The notes below the pieces were generated by a model. That model made no database searches and was not told where the DNA came from. It saw nothing but the letters and a program-made list of their open reading frames with translations. Shown piece by piece: positions 19,652 through 28,117 of a DNA stretch of 64,000 nucleotides. The DNA lies in NCBI GenBank assembly GCA_030695645.1, contig JAUYQG010000162.1, positions 7,092 through 71,091 on the forward strand. Direction: 5' to 3'. The DNA comes from Legionellaceae bacterium. Its GTDB lineage: Bacteria; Pseudomonadota; Gammaproteobacteria; Legionellales; Legionellaceae. The translations under genes were made by a program, and so were the position numbers. Every line of letters starts with the position of its first letter. Positions within the stretch are counted from its first letter, which is position 1.

Positions 19652-20421
19652 TCCCATATCTTCCAGGGAGCATTTTTTGAGAACCACAACTCTTCAAGAT
19701 AGGTTTTATCACGCAACGTGTCCATGGGAAACCAAAAACCTTGATGCTGAAACGCTGCTAATTGACCTTGTTCAACTAAATGTTCCAAAGGGGCTAGTTC
19801 CCAGCTTGTTTCATCATCTTCAATCATATCTATGACTGATTTATGCAGCACAAAAAATCCCGCATTGATCATGGCGCCATCACCTTTTGGTTTTTCTTTA
19901 AACTGCATAACCATGTTATCCACAATATCAAGGGCACCAAATCGACTTGGGGGTGGCGCTGCGGTGACGGTTGCTTTCACCCCCTTCTTTAGATGAAACG
20001 CGATTAAGTCATGAATATTGACATTACTTAAACCATCACCGTAGGTAAAGCAAAAAGCTTCATCATCATTCAAATAAGGCGCAACTCGTTTTAAGCGACC
20101 ACCAGTCATAGTATTTTCACCTGTATCCACTAACGTAACACGCCAAGGTTCTGATTTACGCTCATGCACTTCCATATAATTGTCACTCATATGAAACGTA
20201 ACATCGGACATATGCAAAAAATAATTGGCAAAATACTCCTTGATGAGATATCCCTTATACCCACAACAGATAATAAAATCATCGATCCCATAGTGTGAAT
20301 AATATTTCATGATATGCCAAAGAATGGGTTTGCCTCCAATCTCAATCATGGGTTTGGGTTTAAGATGTGTTTCTTCAGAAATACGCGTTCCATATCCACC
20401 AGCAAGAATGACAGCTTTCAT
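19648..20421 (-). CDS. rfbF: glucose-1-phosphate cytidylyltransferase
   Basis: MKAVILAGGYGTRISEETHLKPKPMIEIGGKPILWHIM is the canonical RfbF/DdhA N-terminus. The track ORF N-terminus (to 20499) is repeat-derived read-through. Confidence 0.9.
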   Translation of the reverse strand: MKAVILAGGYGTRISEETHLKPKPMIEIGGKPILWHIMKYYSHYGIDDFIICCGYKGYLIKEYFANYFLHMSDVTFHMSDNYMEVHERKSEPWRVTLVDTGENTMTGGRLKRVAPYLNDDEAFCFTYGDGLSNVNIHDLIAFHLKKGVKATVTAAPPPSRFGALDIVDNMVMQFKEKPKGDGAMINAGFFVLHKSVIDMIEDDETSWELAPLEHLVEQGQLAAFQHQGFWFPMDTLRDKTYLEELWFSKNAPWKIWE

Positions 20422-20457
20422 ATTAGCAATGCTCCGATATATGTTTAAAGTACAGGT

Positions 20458-20614
20458 TCTGGACTTTGGACAAAACTGTATGCAAAAAGCCGCATGCAAT
20501 TCTGTATATATAATAGTGACAGATAGGGTGATTACTGATCCAAATCAAGAGAATACATCTCCAATTTCTTGAACAGAAAGACATGAGGCCATTTTCATAT
20601 CTTTCTGTTCAAAG
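20458..20614. repeat. two-hairpin palindromic element, short-core variant (copy a)
   Basis: TCTGGACTTTGGACA terminus, GCATGC-type hairpin, 65-nt core, then a GACATGA-type hairpin. Inverted copy at 20877..21032. Confidence 0.85.
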
Positions 20615-20876
20615 ACAGAGCATATTCAAAGTCAGTACTATCACCTTACGCCTTTGGTGATGGTTTTTATTGGGACTTCATCATCAATTTTTTGCCTAAA
20701 AAGCTAAAGACTCATTCGAATGATGATTGTTACATAACCCGCATACGATGACAATTGTATTCTTGAGTGAAGCAAACATCGGAAAAGAACGCCTCTGCCG
20801 AGAGCCCCTCATCCGCCATGCGGTCACCTTCCCGTGTTCGGGCAGAAGGGAATAAGGAAGAGGTTGGTTGGTTTTT

Positions 20877-21032
20877 CTTTGAGCAGAAAGTCATGAAAAT
20901 AGCCTAATGTCTTTCTGTTCAAGAAATTGGAGATGTATTCTCTTGATTTGGATCAGTAATCACCCTATCTGTCACTATTATACATACAGAATTGCATGCG
21001 GTTTTTTGCATACAGTTTTGTCCAAAGTCCAA
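20877..21032. repeat. two-hairpin palindromic element, short-core variant (copy b, inverted)
   Basis: Near-identical reverse complement of 20458..20614, ending TGTCCAAAGTCCAA. Confidence 0.85.
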
Positions 21033-21059
21033 TCTTTGGAGTTCTCAATTAAAACCTCC

Positions 21060-21089
21060 TTGACAAAAAAAACAAATAGCGTGTAGTAT
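21060..21089 (+). promoter_or_regulatory. candidate sigma-70 promoter for wza-wzc
   Basis: TTGACA (21060-21065), an 18-nt spacer, then TAGTAT (21084-21089), about 67 nt upstream of the wza ATG. Confidence 0.4.
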
Positions 21090-21155
21090 TCGTAGATTAA
21101 AATGGCCATCCAAACATAGAATGGCGCATAGTACAGGACGTTGTGGAAATCATAA

Positions 21156-21986
21156 ATGCTGAAAAAAATTAGTTTACTTAGTTTACTTAGTACAGCCATA
21201 ATGCTAACCAGTTGTGGGTTGCTTCCAGGCATGCAAAATCTAGAAACGGGTCAAATGAGAAAATCGATTGTCCCAGAAAAAATCCACGTTCAACCCACAC
21301 TGATTCCAATAACACCTTCTTTAATTGCTGACCAACGAGTAAGCCGATACTACTATCACGTGGCACCTCCTGATGTACTTTCAATCAATGTCTGGGAGCA
21401 TCCTGAATTTGATTTTTTAGTGAGCCCTATATCAACTATTACCACAACAAATGGTGCCTCCGGAACCACGGGCCAGCAATCGGGTTATTTGGTGAATCCG
21501 AACGGGCAGATTTATTTCCCACTTGTGGGTTATATTACCGTTGGCGGAAAAACAACGGATAAAATACGGGAAGAACTAACAAGTAAACTGCAAAAATATG
21601 TTCCCAATCCCCAAATTTATGTCCGAGTATCTCAATATCGAGGGCAAAAAGTGTATGTTCTTGGCGAAGTAACAAGACCTGGTTTATTGCCCATTAATGA
21701 TGAGCAACTTACGATTGCAGATGCGCTGGCGATATCGGGCGGCATTAATTTAGAAACGGCTAATCCTACTTATATTTATGTGATCCGCGGTGATTATACG
21801 AAACCACTTATTTTCTGGTTGAACGCAAAAACTCCCGACAAAATGCTCATCGCGGAACGGTTTAGCTTAAAACCCAAGGATATTCTATATGTATCTTCGG
21901 CTCCTCTCACTCGTTGGAACCGCTTCTTGAGTCTATTGATACCGTCATTACAACCCGTTTTGATTACTCAAGCAATCGTGGCTTGA
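21156..21986 (+). CDS. wza: polysaccharide export outer-membrane lipoprotein (Wza/OPX family, short form)
   Basis: Lipobox LTSC in the signal peptide. Poly_export-like YHVAPPDVLSINVWEHPEF. SLBB-like VYVLGEVTRPG. Followed by wzc. Confidence 0.85.
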   Translation: MLKKISLLSLLSTAIMLTSCGLLPGMQNLETGQMRKSIVPEKIHVQPTLIPITPSLIADQRVSRYYYHVAPPDVLSINVWEHPEFDFLVSPISTITTTNGASGTTGQQSGYLVNPNGQIYFPLVGYITVGGKTTDKIREELTSKLQKYVPNPQIYVRVSQYRGQKVYVLGEVTRPGLLPINDEQLTIADALAISGGINLETANPTYIYVIRGDYTKPLIFWLNAKTPDKMLIAERFSLKPKDILYVSSAPLTRWNRFLSLLIPSLQPVLITQAIVA

Positions 21987-22057
21987 TTGGTTGAGTAATC
22001 AGCTATGCCGACTTGGCTACAAAACCGAGTCATTACAAACACAGGTGAAGGATAAAT

Positions 22058-24274
22058 ATGAGTATCATTGAGTCGATGCATAATCACACCCATAATGAAG
22101 AAGCGACTGATATTTCAGAGATTATTGATAAATTACTAGAGAACAAATTATTAATTGCTATTATTACAAGTATTAGCCTTGCTTGTGGTGTATTCTACGC
22201 TTCAAGGCAAATACCACAATTTCAAGCTAGCATCCTGATTCAGTTTGAGGACAGTGGCCGCGGGATGGTCTTGGGAGCAGGCCTTCTAAATCAAGGTTTT
22301 TCGGGATTCAATCATGGAAATGAGGCCGCTATACAGTCTGCGCTGATCAAATCACGAGTTGTTCTTAACCCAGTATGCCAGAGCTTAGGTCTCGATGTCT
22401 CTGCAACGCCTACACAAGGTTTCTTTAAGCACTTGATTTCGCCAAGCCGAGCAACGATTGAAATTAACAAACTGGAGTTATCTGAACCCTATGTGAATAA
22501 AACATTGGATTTATTCTATGATAAAAGCAATCACGTTGTCCTTTCTGATGATCAGCAGAACATTTTAGTCGAAGGCAACACGTCTTCCCTTCTTCAGAGC
22601 AAGGATAAATCGATAAAATTAAAAGTTTCTAAAATACACGCGGCAATAGGAAATCATTTTTCTGTGATGAAAAGCTCCACTGAACATATCGTTCAAGGTC
22701 TTGCCAGTCGAATCAACATCGTAGATTTGGGTGGGAGACAGCCGATTGGGATCGTCGATGTGACATTACAAGATGCAAACCCACAGCGCGCGGTTGATGT
22801 TTTGAATCAGATTGCCAAAACAATTCTCGAAAGAGACGCAGAGAAAAAATCGCTGGAAGCATCGAAAACATTAGCATTTTTATATCAGCAATTACCCATC
22901 ACAAAAGAATCTCTTGAGAAAGCAGAACTGAAACTCAATCAATATCGCGCGAACAGTGGGAAAATAGATTTTAAGTTCCAATCTAGAGCACTATTAGGAC
23001 AATTCCTTGAAATCGATACAAAATTAGCCGAGTTAAAGCTTACAAAAGAGGATATGAAGCAACGCTATACCATGCACCATCCTTCATTGAATGCATTAAT
23101 GCAAAAAATTTCCTCCATTGAACAACAGCGTGCTGAAATGGAAAAAGATCTAAAGAATTTACCATCATCTGATCAAATAGCATTGAATCTATCCAGAGAT
23201 GTTAGTGTTAAAACAGCGCTTTATACGACATTACTACGAAAAATTCAGGAATTAAAAGTCATAAAGGCTGGCACTATCAGCGACTTAAATATACTCTCGC
23301 TTGCCAAATTACCGGAATCTCCGCTACCAACCCGAAAAAAGGTAACTTATCTAGGAAGCGTCCTATTTGGTCTTATTTTAAGTGTCATGATTATTTATAC
23401 TAGAAAACTGATTTCACCCAAAATTGAAGATCCGCGTTGGACGGAACAACATTTTAATATAGCAAATTTGGCTATTATTCCTTATTCAAAAGAACAAAAA
23501 GATTATTCAGATACTCTAGGATCTCTCAAACAAATTCCTTTACTTGCACATACGAATCCACGGAATTTATCGATTGAGGCGTTAAGGAGTTTACGTACCA
23601 GCTTACAAATTAATTTAAGTTGCGCAAATAATAACATTGTCTCCATTCTTGGGATATCTCCGGGTGTAGGTAAAACCTTCATATCCACAAATCTTGCTTA
23701 TCTTTTAGCAACTGCTGAAAAACGTGTTCTATTAATCGATGCCGATCTACGTCGAGGTACTGCGCATCATTATTTCAATGTATCGGCAGCACCTGGTTTA
23801 ACTGAATTAATTAATGGCACAACAACAGTAGAAAGCGTTTTATTGCCGACGACTCATAAAAATTTAACGTTATTACCAAGAGGAGACTATCCAGCTGATC
23901 CATCAGAGATACTCTCCAGTGCCCGCTTCAAAGGATTAATTCATGAATTATCGCTACAATACGATATTGTAATTATAGATACCGCCCCTGTGTTATTAGT
24001 AACGGACTCGATACTTATTGGATCGATTTCAACGACAAATTATCTAGTCCTGGGTTCAAATGCACACACAACTGGCGAGGTAGAAATTGCCATTAAACGA
24101 CTACAAGGCGCAGGTATTACGGTAAATGGCTCCATTTTCAACTTCCATAATGTGCGAAGTCAGCGAAATCCGTATTATTATCGCTATTATAGCTATAATT
24201 ACTATGCTGACGATAATGCCACCACTAAGGACAAAAAATCACGCAAAAGGAAGAAAGGTGAAGTTGCGTACTAA
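22058..24274 (+). CDS. wzc: polysaccharide co-polymerase / BY-kinase (Wzc type)
   Basis: N-terminal Wzz-like domain with two TM segments and a coiled-coil region. Walker A GISPGVGKTF, A' VLLIDADLRRG, B IVIIDTAPV. C-terminal tyrosine cluster NPYYYRYYSYNYYADD. Confidence 0.9.
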   Translation: MSIIESMHNHTHNEEATDISEIIDKLLENKLLIAIITSISLACGVFYASRQIPQFQASILIQFEDSGRGMVLGAGLLNQGFSGFNHGNEAAIQSALIKSRVVLNPVCQSLGLDVSATPTQGFFKHLISPSRATIEINKLELSEPYVNKTLDLFYDKSNHVVLSDDQQNILVEGNTSSLLQSKDKSIKLKVSKIHAAIGNHFSVMKSSTEHIVQGLASRINIVDLGGRQPIGIVDVTLQDANPQRAVDVLNQIAKTILERDAEKKSLEASKTLAFLYQQLPITKESLEKAELKLNQYRANSGKIDFKFQSRALLGQFLEIDTKLAELKLTKEDMKQRYTMHHPSLNALMQKISSIEQQRAEMEKDLKNLPSSDQIALNLSRDVSVKTALYTTLLRKIQELKVIKAGTISDLNILSLAKLPESPLPTRKKVTYLGSVLFGLILSVMIIYTRKLISPKIEDPRWTEQHFNIANLAIIPYSKEQKDYSDTLGSLKQIPLLAHTNPRNLSIEALRSLRTSLQINLSCANNNIVSILGISPGVGKTFISTNLAYLLATAEKRVLLIDADLRRGTAHHYFNVSAAPGLTELINGTTTVESVLLPTTHKNLTLLPRGDYPADPSEILSSARFKGLIHELSLQYDIVIIDTAPVLLVTDSILIGSISTTNYLVLGSNAHTTGEVEIAIKRLQGAGITVNGSIFNFHNVRSQRNPYYYRYYSYNYYADDNATTKDKKSRKRKKGEVAY

Positions 24275-24289
24275 CTTTTTGTGGTTATT

Positions 24290-24345
24290 AGGGTCTGGAC
24301 AAAAAGACATGAGGCTCTTCTCATGTCTTTTTGTCCAAAGTCCAA
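24290..24345. repeat. solo GACATGA-type hairpin with one element terminus
   Basis: GGACAAAAAGACATGAG / CTCATGTCTTTTTGTCC stem, followed by AAAGTCCAA. Lies between convergent wzc and wzb, a plausible bidirectional terminator position. Confidence 0.8.
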
Positions 24346-24354
24346 TTGTTAAAT

Positions 24355-24789
24355 CTACAATTTTTTATACCACTCATCGAGACTTTGCTCGATCAGGTTC
24401 AATGCTTGTTCAAAGATAACCACCGGACGCTTGAATGGATCGACAATATCAACACCTAGCCATTGACCTAATCTAAAAACACGTCCCCGCGAAAAAGGAA
24501 AATCAGAATGTACTTGTTCTTGTTGTTCTGTTGTCATTGTCCATATAATATCTGAAGCATAGATCATATCTGCTGTAACTTGCTTAGCTCGATGCGAGGA
24601 AATGTCTAGACCTCTCTCCAACATTAACGAGCAGCTGGTCGGGTCAGCTTGTCCTCCAACCACTGCTGCCAAACCAGCAGAATCAACAGCTACTGAATGA
24701 TTTGTCTCAAATTTTTGCTTACATAGCGCCCAAGCCATTGGGCTTCGACAAATATTACCGATACAAAGGATAAGAATTTTTTGAATCAT
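24355..24789 (-). CDS. wzb: low-molecular-weight protein-tyrosine phosphatase
   Basis: CIGNICRSPMA (CX5R(S/T) P-loop). About 145 aa. Start set at the first ATG (MIQKILILC); the track starts at an upstream GTG. Confidence 0.85.
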   Translation of the reverse strand: MIQKILILCIGNICRSPMAWALCKQKFETNHSVAVDSAGLAAVVGGQADPTSCSLMLERGLDISSHRAKQVTADMIYASDIIWTMTTEQQEQVHSDFPFSRGRVFRLGQWLGVDIVDPFKRPVVIFEQALNLIEQSLDEWYKKL

Positions 24790-24809
24790 TTTCGGAATAC
24801 ACACATTAA

Positions 24810-24911
24810 AGTTCGGAGCTTTTTTTGCAACTTACCACAGAACTGATACCCTCTCCCCTTGAGGGGAGAGGGTATCAGTTCTGTGGTAATTCATAAGAAA
24901 AACTCCGAACT
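24810..24911. repeat. nested palindrome with CCCTCTCCCC/GGGGAGAGGG core
   Basis: 58-bp near-perfect palindrome TTACCACAGAACTGATACCCTCTCCCC-TTGA-GGGGAGAGGGTATCAGTTCTGTGGTAA (24832..24889). It is flanked by the outer inverted repeat AGTTCGGAGCTTTTT / AAAAACTCCGAACT. Confidence 0.85.
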
Positions 24912-24933
24912 GGGGTTAGGTTAATAAACAAGT

Positions 24934-26091
24934 CTACACTAAGTCGGCGTGATCGCGCTTTGATTTTGTCAATTTTACGATTGAGTTTCGACCTTTAACA
25001 AAGAAATCTCGAAGAACTTGAACAGTTCGCATGGCACTGTGGCCATCACCATAGGGTGAAATGCCACGTGCCATGTCGCGATAGGCTAATTCATCATCTA
25101 GTAACCGTTGAGTTTCGCTGACAATATGATCACAGTTAGAACCTATCAGTTTGACCACACCGTGCTCTACTGCCTCAGGTCGTTCTGTTTCCTCCCGTAA
25201 CACTAAAACAGGCTTTCCTAATGCTGGCGCTTCCTCTTGCACTCCCCCTGAGTCACTAATAATCAAATAAGCTCGTTTCATTGCAGCAACAAATTGCTCA
25301 TAATCCAATGGATCACATAAATGAATGGATGGGCAATCACTCAACATAGCATAGACAACATCATGTACATTCGGGTTTGGATGCACCGGATACAAAAATT
25401 GAACAGAAGGATTACGTTCAGCTAATATTTTCAATGCACGACAAATATGTCTCAACGGTTCACCAAAATTTTCACGGCGATGAATGGTCAGCAAAATAAG
25501 TCGCTTTGTTGGATTAAGCGCTTGATTCAAAGCGACATTCTTTGAGCTCATCATCAATAGTGCGTCAATCACTGTATTGCCCGTGACAACAATCTGCTGA
25601 TCCGTGATACCTGCTTTTAATAAATTCACGCGAGCACTCTCTGTTGGAGCAAAATGCCAATAAGCGAAATGACTCACAATAACGCGATTAGCTTCCTCAG
25701 GAAAAGGATTATGGATATTGCCTGTACGTAATCCAGCTTCAACATGGCCTATTAGAATGCCATGATAAAAGCAAGCAAGAGCAACCGTCATCACCGTTGT
25801 CGTATCGCCTTGAACCAAAACCACGTCGGGTTTCTCAGCTAAGAGAACATCATCTATTGTCGATAACAATCGAGAGGTCAACATCGTTAACGACTGATTA
25901 GGACGCATGACATCTAAATCGATATCTGGCTTAATATGAAACAGATCCAATACTTGCGTTAACATATGACGATGTTGGGCCGTAGCTAACACGATAACTT
26001 GTGCCCAAGATTCCTTTTGCAGCGCCAATATTATAGGAGCCATTTTTATTGCTTCAGGTCGTGTCCCAACAACACAGATTATTTTTATCAC
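24934..26091 (-). CDS. wecB: UDP-N-acetylglucosamine 2-epimerase (non-hydrolysing)
   Basis: MIKIICVVGTRPEAIKMAPI, GDTTT, HVEAGLRT and SDSGGVQEEAP are hallmark WecB/MnaA motifs. Confidence 0.9.
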   Translation of the reverse strand: MIKIICVVGTRPEAIKMAPIILALQKESWAQVIVLATAQHRHMLTQVLDLFHIKPDIDLDVMRPNQSLTMLTSRLLSTIDDVLLAEKPDVVLVQGDTTTVMTVALACFYHGILIGHVEAGLRTGNIHNPFPEEANRVIVSHFAYWHFAPTESARVNLLKAGITDQQIVVTGNTVIDALLMMSSKNVALNQALNPTKRLILLTIHRRENFGEPLRHICRALKILAERNPSVQFLYPVHPNPNVHDVVYAMLSDCPSIHLCDPLDYEQFVAAMKRAYLIISDSGGVQEEAPALGKPVLVLREETERPEAVEHGVVKLIGSNCDHIVSETQRLLDDELAYRDMARGISPYGDGHSAMRTVQVLRDFFVKGRNSIVKLTKSKRDHADLV

Positions 26092-26104
26092 GATATCTCC
26101 TTAA

Positions 26105-26162
26105 CTGGACTTTTGACAGAAAGACATGAGGCCTTTTTCATGTCTTTCTGTCAAAAGTCCAA
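26105..26162. repeat. solo GACATGA-type hairpin (24-nt perfect arms)
   Basis: TGGACTTTTGACAGAAAGACATGA ... TCATGTCTTTCTGTCAAAAGTCCA. It overlaps the last codons and the stop of the 26138..27847 gene. Confidence 0.85.
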
Positions 26163-27847
26163 TCCTTAATGGCTTCACAATGTGCTACGCCTTTTTTTGA
26201 ATTTGGGGGATCTTGTATTACGGAATGGTTTAGATAACCCGCATCGCATAAAAAATGCATCACGTTAGCCACGGACTCATCCACAGAACTATTTGATGTA
26301 TCAAGAGTAATGTCAGGATGTTTTGGAGCCTCATAAATATCATCAATACCTGTAAAATGCTTTAATTTGCCGGCTCGCGCTTTCGCGTACAATCCCTTTG
26401 TGTCTCGTTTTTCACATGTCTCAAGTGGCGTTGCGTTATAAATTTCAATGAAACCGCCCTGCTGCGCGATGAGTTGCCGACTTTGTTGTCGCGCATTTTG
26501 ATAGGGTGCGATGGCTGCGCAAATGGCAATACCGCCTGCTTTGGTAATTTCAGATGCTATGTAGCTGATAATACGAATATTTAAATCTCGGTCTGCTTGT
26601 GAAAAACCTAATTTATCTGCTAAAAGATGGCGGACAATATCACCATCTAGAATGGATACGCTTCGTTTATCATGACTCATTATTTTAGCCATCAGCGCTT
26701 GGGCTAGGGTGGATTTTCCTGAGCCAGATAGGCCTGTGAAAAATAATGTAAACCCCTGTTTATTTCGCGAGGGGTAGGCTTCTCTTAATAGTTGAATGAT
26801 ATCTGGAAAGGAAAACCAATCGGGGATAGGCTGATCCAATAGAAGGTTAGTTCGCAATTGAGTACCTGATATGGTAAGCGGTGTTTCATCCGATTTTAAT
26901 TCATGGATAGGTGAATAAGATCGCCGTTCTTTAACATAAACCATTTCTTGAAATGGTAGTATTTTAATCCCTATCTCATGTGCATAATGACTTACAAATT
27001 CTTGTGCCGCATAAGGTTCATAAAAAGGCTGATTACGAGTATTATTTCCAGGGCCTGCGTGATCGCGCCCAACAATGAAATGTGTACAACCGTAATTTTT
27101 ACGAATTAAAGCATGCCATAATGCTTCTCGTGGCCCTGCCATGCGCATAGCCAGAGGTAGAAGGCTTAACACAGCACTTTGCACGGGATAATGTCGCAAC
27201 ACGGTTTGATAACAACGAACGCGTGTAAAATAATCAATATCACCCGGCTTCGTTAAGCCGACAACGGGATGGATGAGAATGTTACCATCGACTTGTACCG
27301 CAGCTTTCAGCATGAGCTCCATGTGAGCTCGATGAATGGGGTTGCGTGTTTGAAAGCCAATGACTGTCGTCCATCCGAGTTGTGAAAACAACTGTTTCAG
27401 TGAATTGGGGGTATGACGAAGTTCTGTAAAATCGTGATACTTGGGTGAGTTTACTGGCTCAAGTGGTCCACCTAGATACCAAGCGCCGGCTGTATTGAAA
27501 AGATAATCCACTCCAGGATGCTTTTTATCGTCTGTCCCAAATATTTTTTCTGCTTCGATGCCTTTATCAGGACGCCATTTATCCGTTATGTTCATGCGCG
27601 CAAGCAAGGTATTGTCTACGTCATAGAGGTTAATGGTTTCCCCTACGATAACTTTATTAGCAATGTCCTCTGACACATCGAGTGTGATGGGTATTGGCCA
27701 GATGTGGTTATTGGCCAGACGGGAATGTGTCAAGACGCTTTCATAATCGGCTTGCGAGAGAAATCCTGTTAATGGAGAAAATGCATTGTTTAGAAGCATT
27801 TCAATGTCGTAACGTTGTCGATTGGTAACAATCCATTGTGAATTCAT
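26138..27847 (-). CDS. bifunctional sulfate adenylyltransferase (Sat type) / adenylylsulfate kinase (PAPS synthase)
   Basis: N-terminal ATP sulfurylase motifs QTRNPIHRAH and VGRDHAG. C-terminal APS kinase P-loop GLSGSGKST. Confidence 0.9.
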   Translation of the reverse strand: MNSQWIVTNRQRYDIEMLLNNAFSPLTGFLSQADYESVLTHSRLANNHIWPIPITLDVSEDIANKVIVGETINLYDVDNTLLARMNITDKWRPDKGIEAEKIFGTDDKKHPGVDYLFNTAGAWYLGGPLEPVNSPKYHDFTELRHTPNSLKQLFSQLGWTTVIGFQTRNPIHRAHMELMLKAAVQVDGNILIHPVVGLTKPGDIDYFTRVRCYQTVLRHYPVQSAVLSLLPLAMRMAGPREALWHALIRKNYGCTHFIVGRDHAGPGNNTRNQPFYEPYAAQEFVSHYAHEIGIKILPFQEMVYVKERRSYSPIHELKSDETPLTISGTQLRTNLLLDQPIPDWFSFPDIIQLLREAYPSRNKQGFTLFFTGLSGSGKSTLAQALMAKIMSHDKRSVSILDGDIVRHLLADKLGFSQADRDLNIRIISYIASEITKAGGIAICAAIAPYQNARQQSRQLIAQQGGFIEIYNATPLETCEKRDTKGLYAKARAGKLKHFTGIDDIYEAPKHPDITLDTSNSSVDESVANVMHFLCDAGYLNHSVIQDPPNSKKGVAHCEAIKDWTFDRKT

Positions 27848-27865
27848 CTGTCATCCATATTTCAT

Positions 27866-28050
27866 CTAGTACCATTTCCATTTAGTTTTGACAGGTAGCA
27901 TCTGACCTTAAATTCATTTTTTGTCGATCGGGAACCTCAAAAATGCTCGAATTAGCGCAACTAGTCCTGCGCTTTTTGAGGTTCCCGATCGACAAAATCT
28001 AAACACAATGATCAGCGCTACCTGTCAAAACTAAATGGAAATGGTACTAG
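27866..28050. repeat. 185-bp triple-nested palindromic element
   Basis: 34-nt outer arms CTAGTACCATTTCCATTTAGTTTTGACAGGTAGC (27866-27899) and their reverse complement (28017-28050). Inner arms TTTGTCGATCGGGAACCTCAAAAA and reverse complement. Central GCGCA...TGCGC hairpin. Confidence 0.9.
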
Positions 28051-28117
28051 GGTCTGTTGACAACAAACCCTAGATGAAAGCTGTTATTGATTTGGACTTT
28101 GGACCAAACTAATCCCA

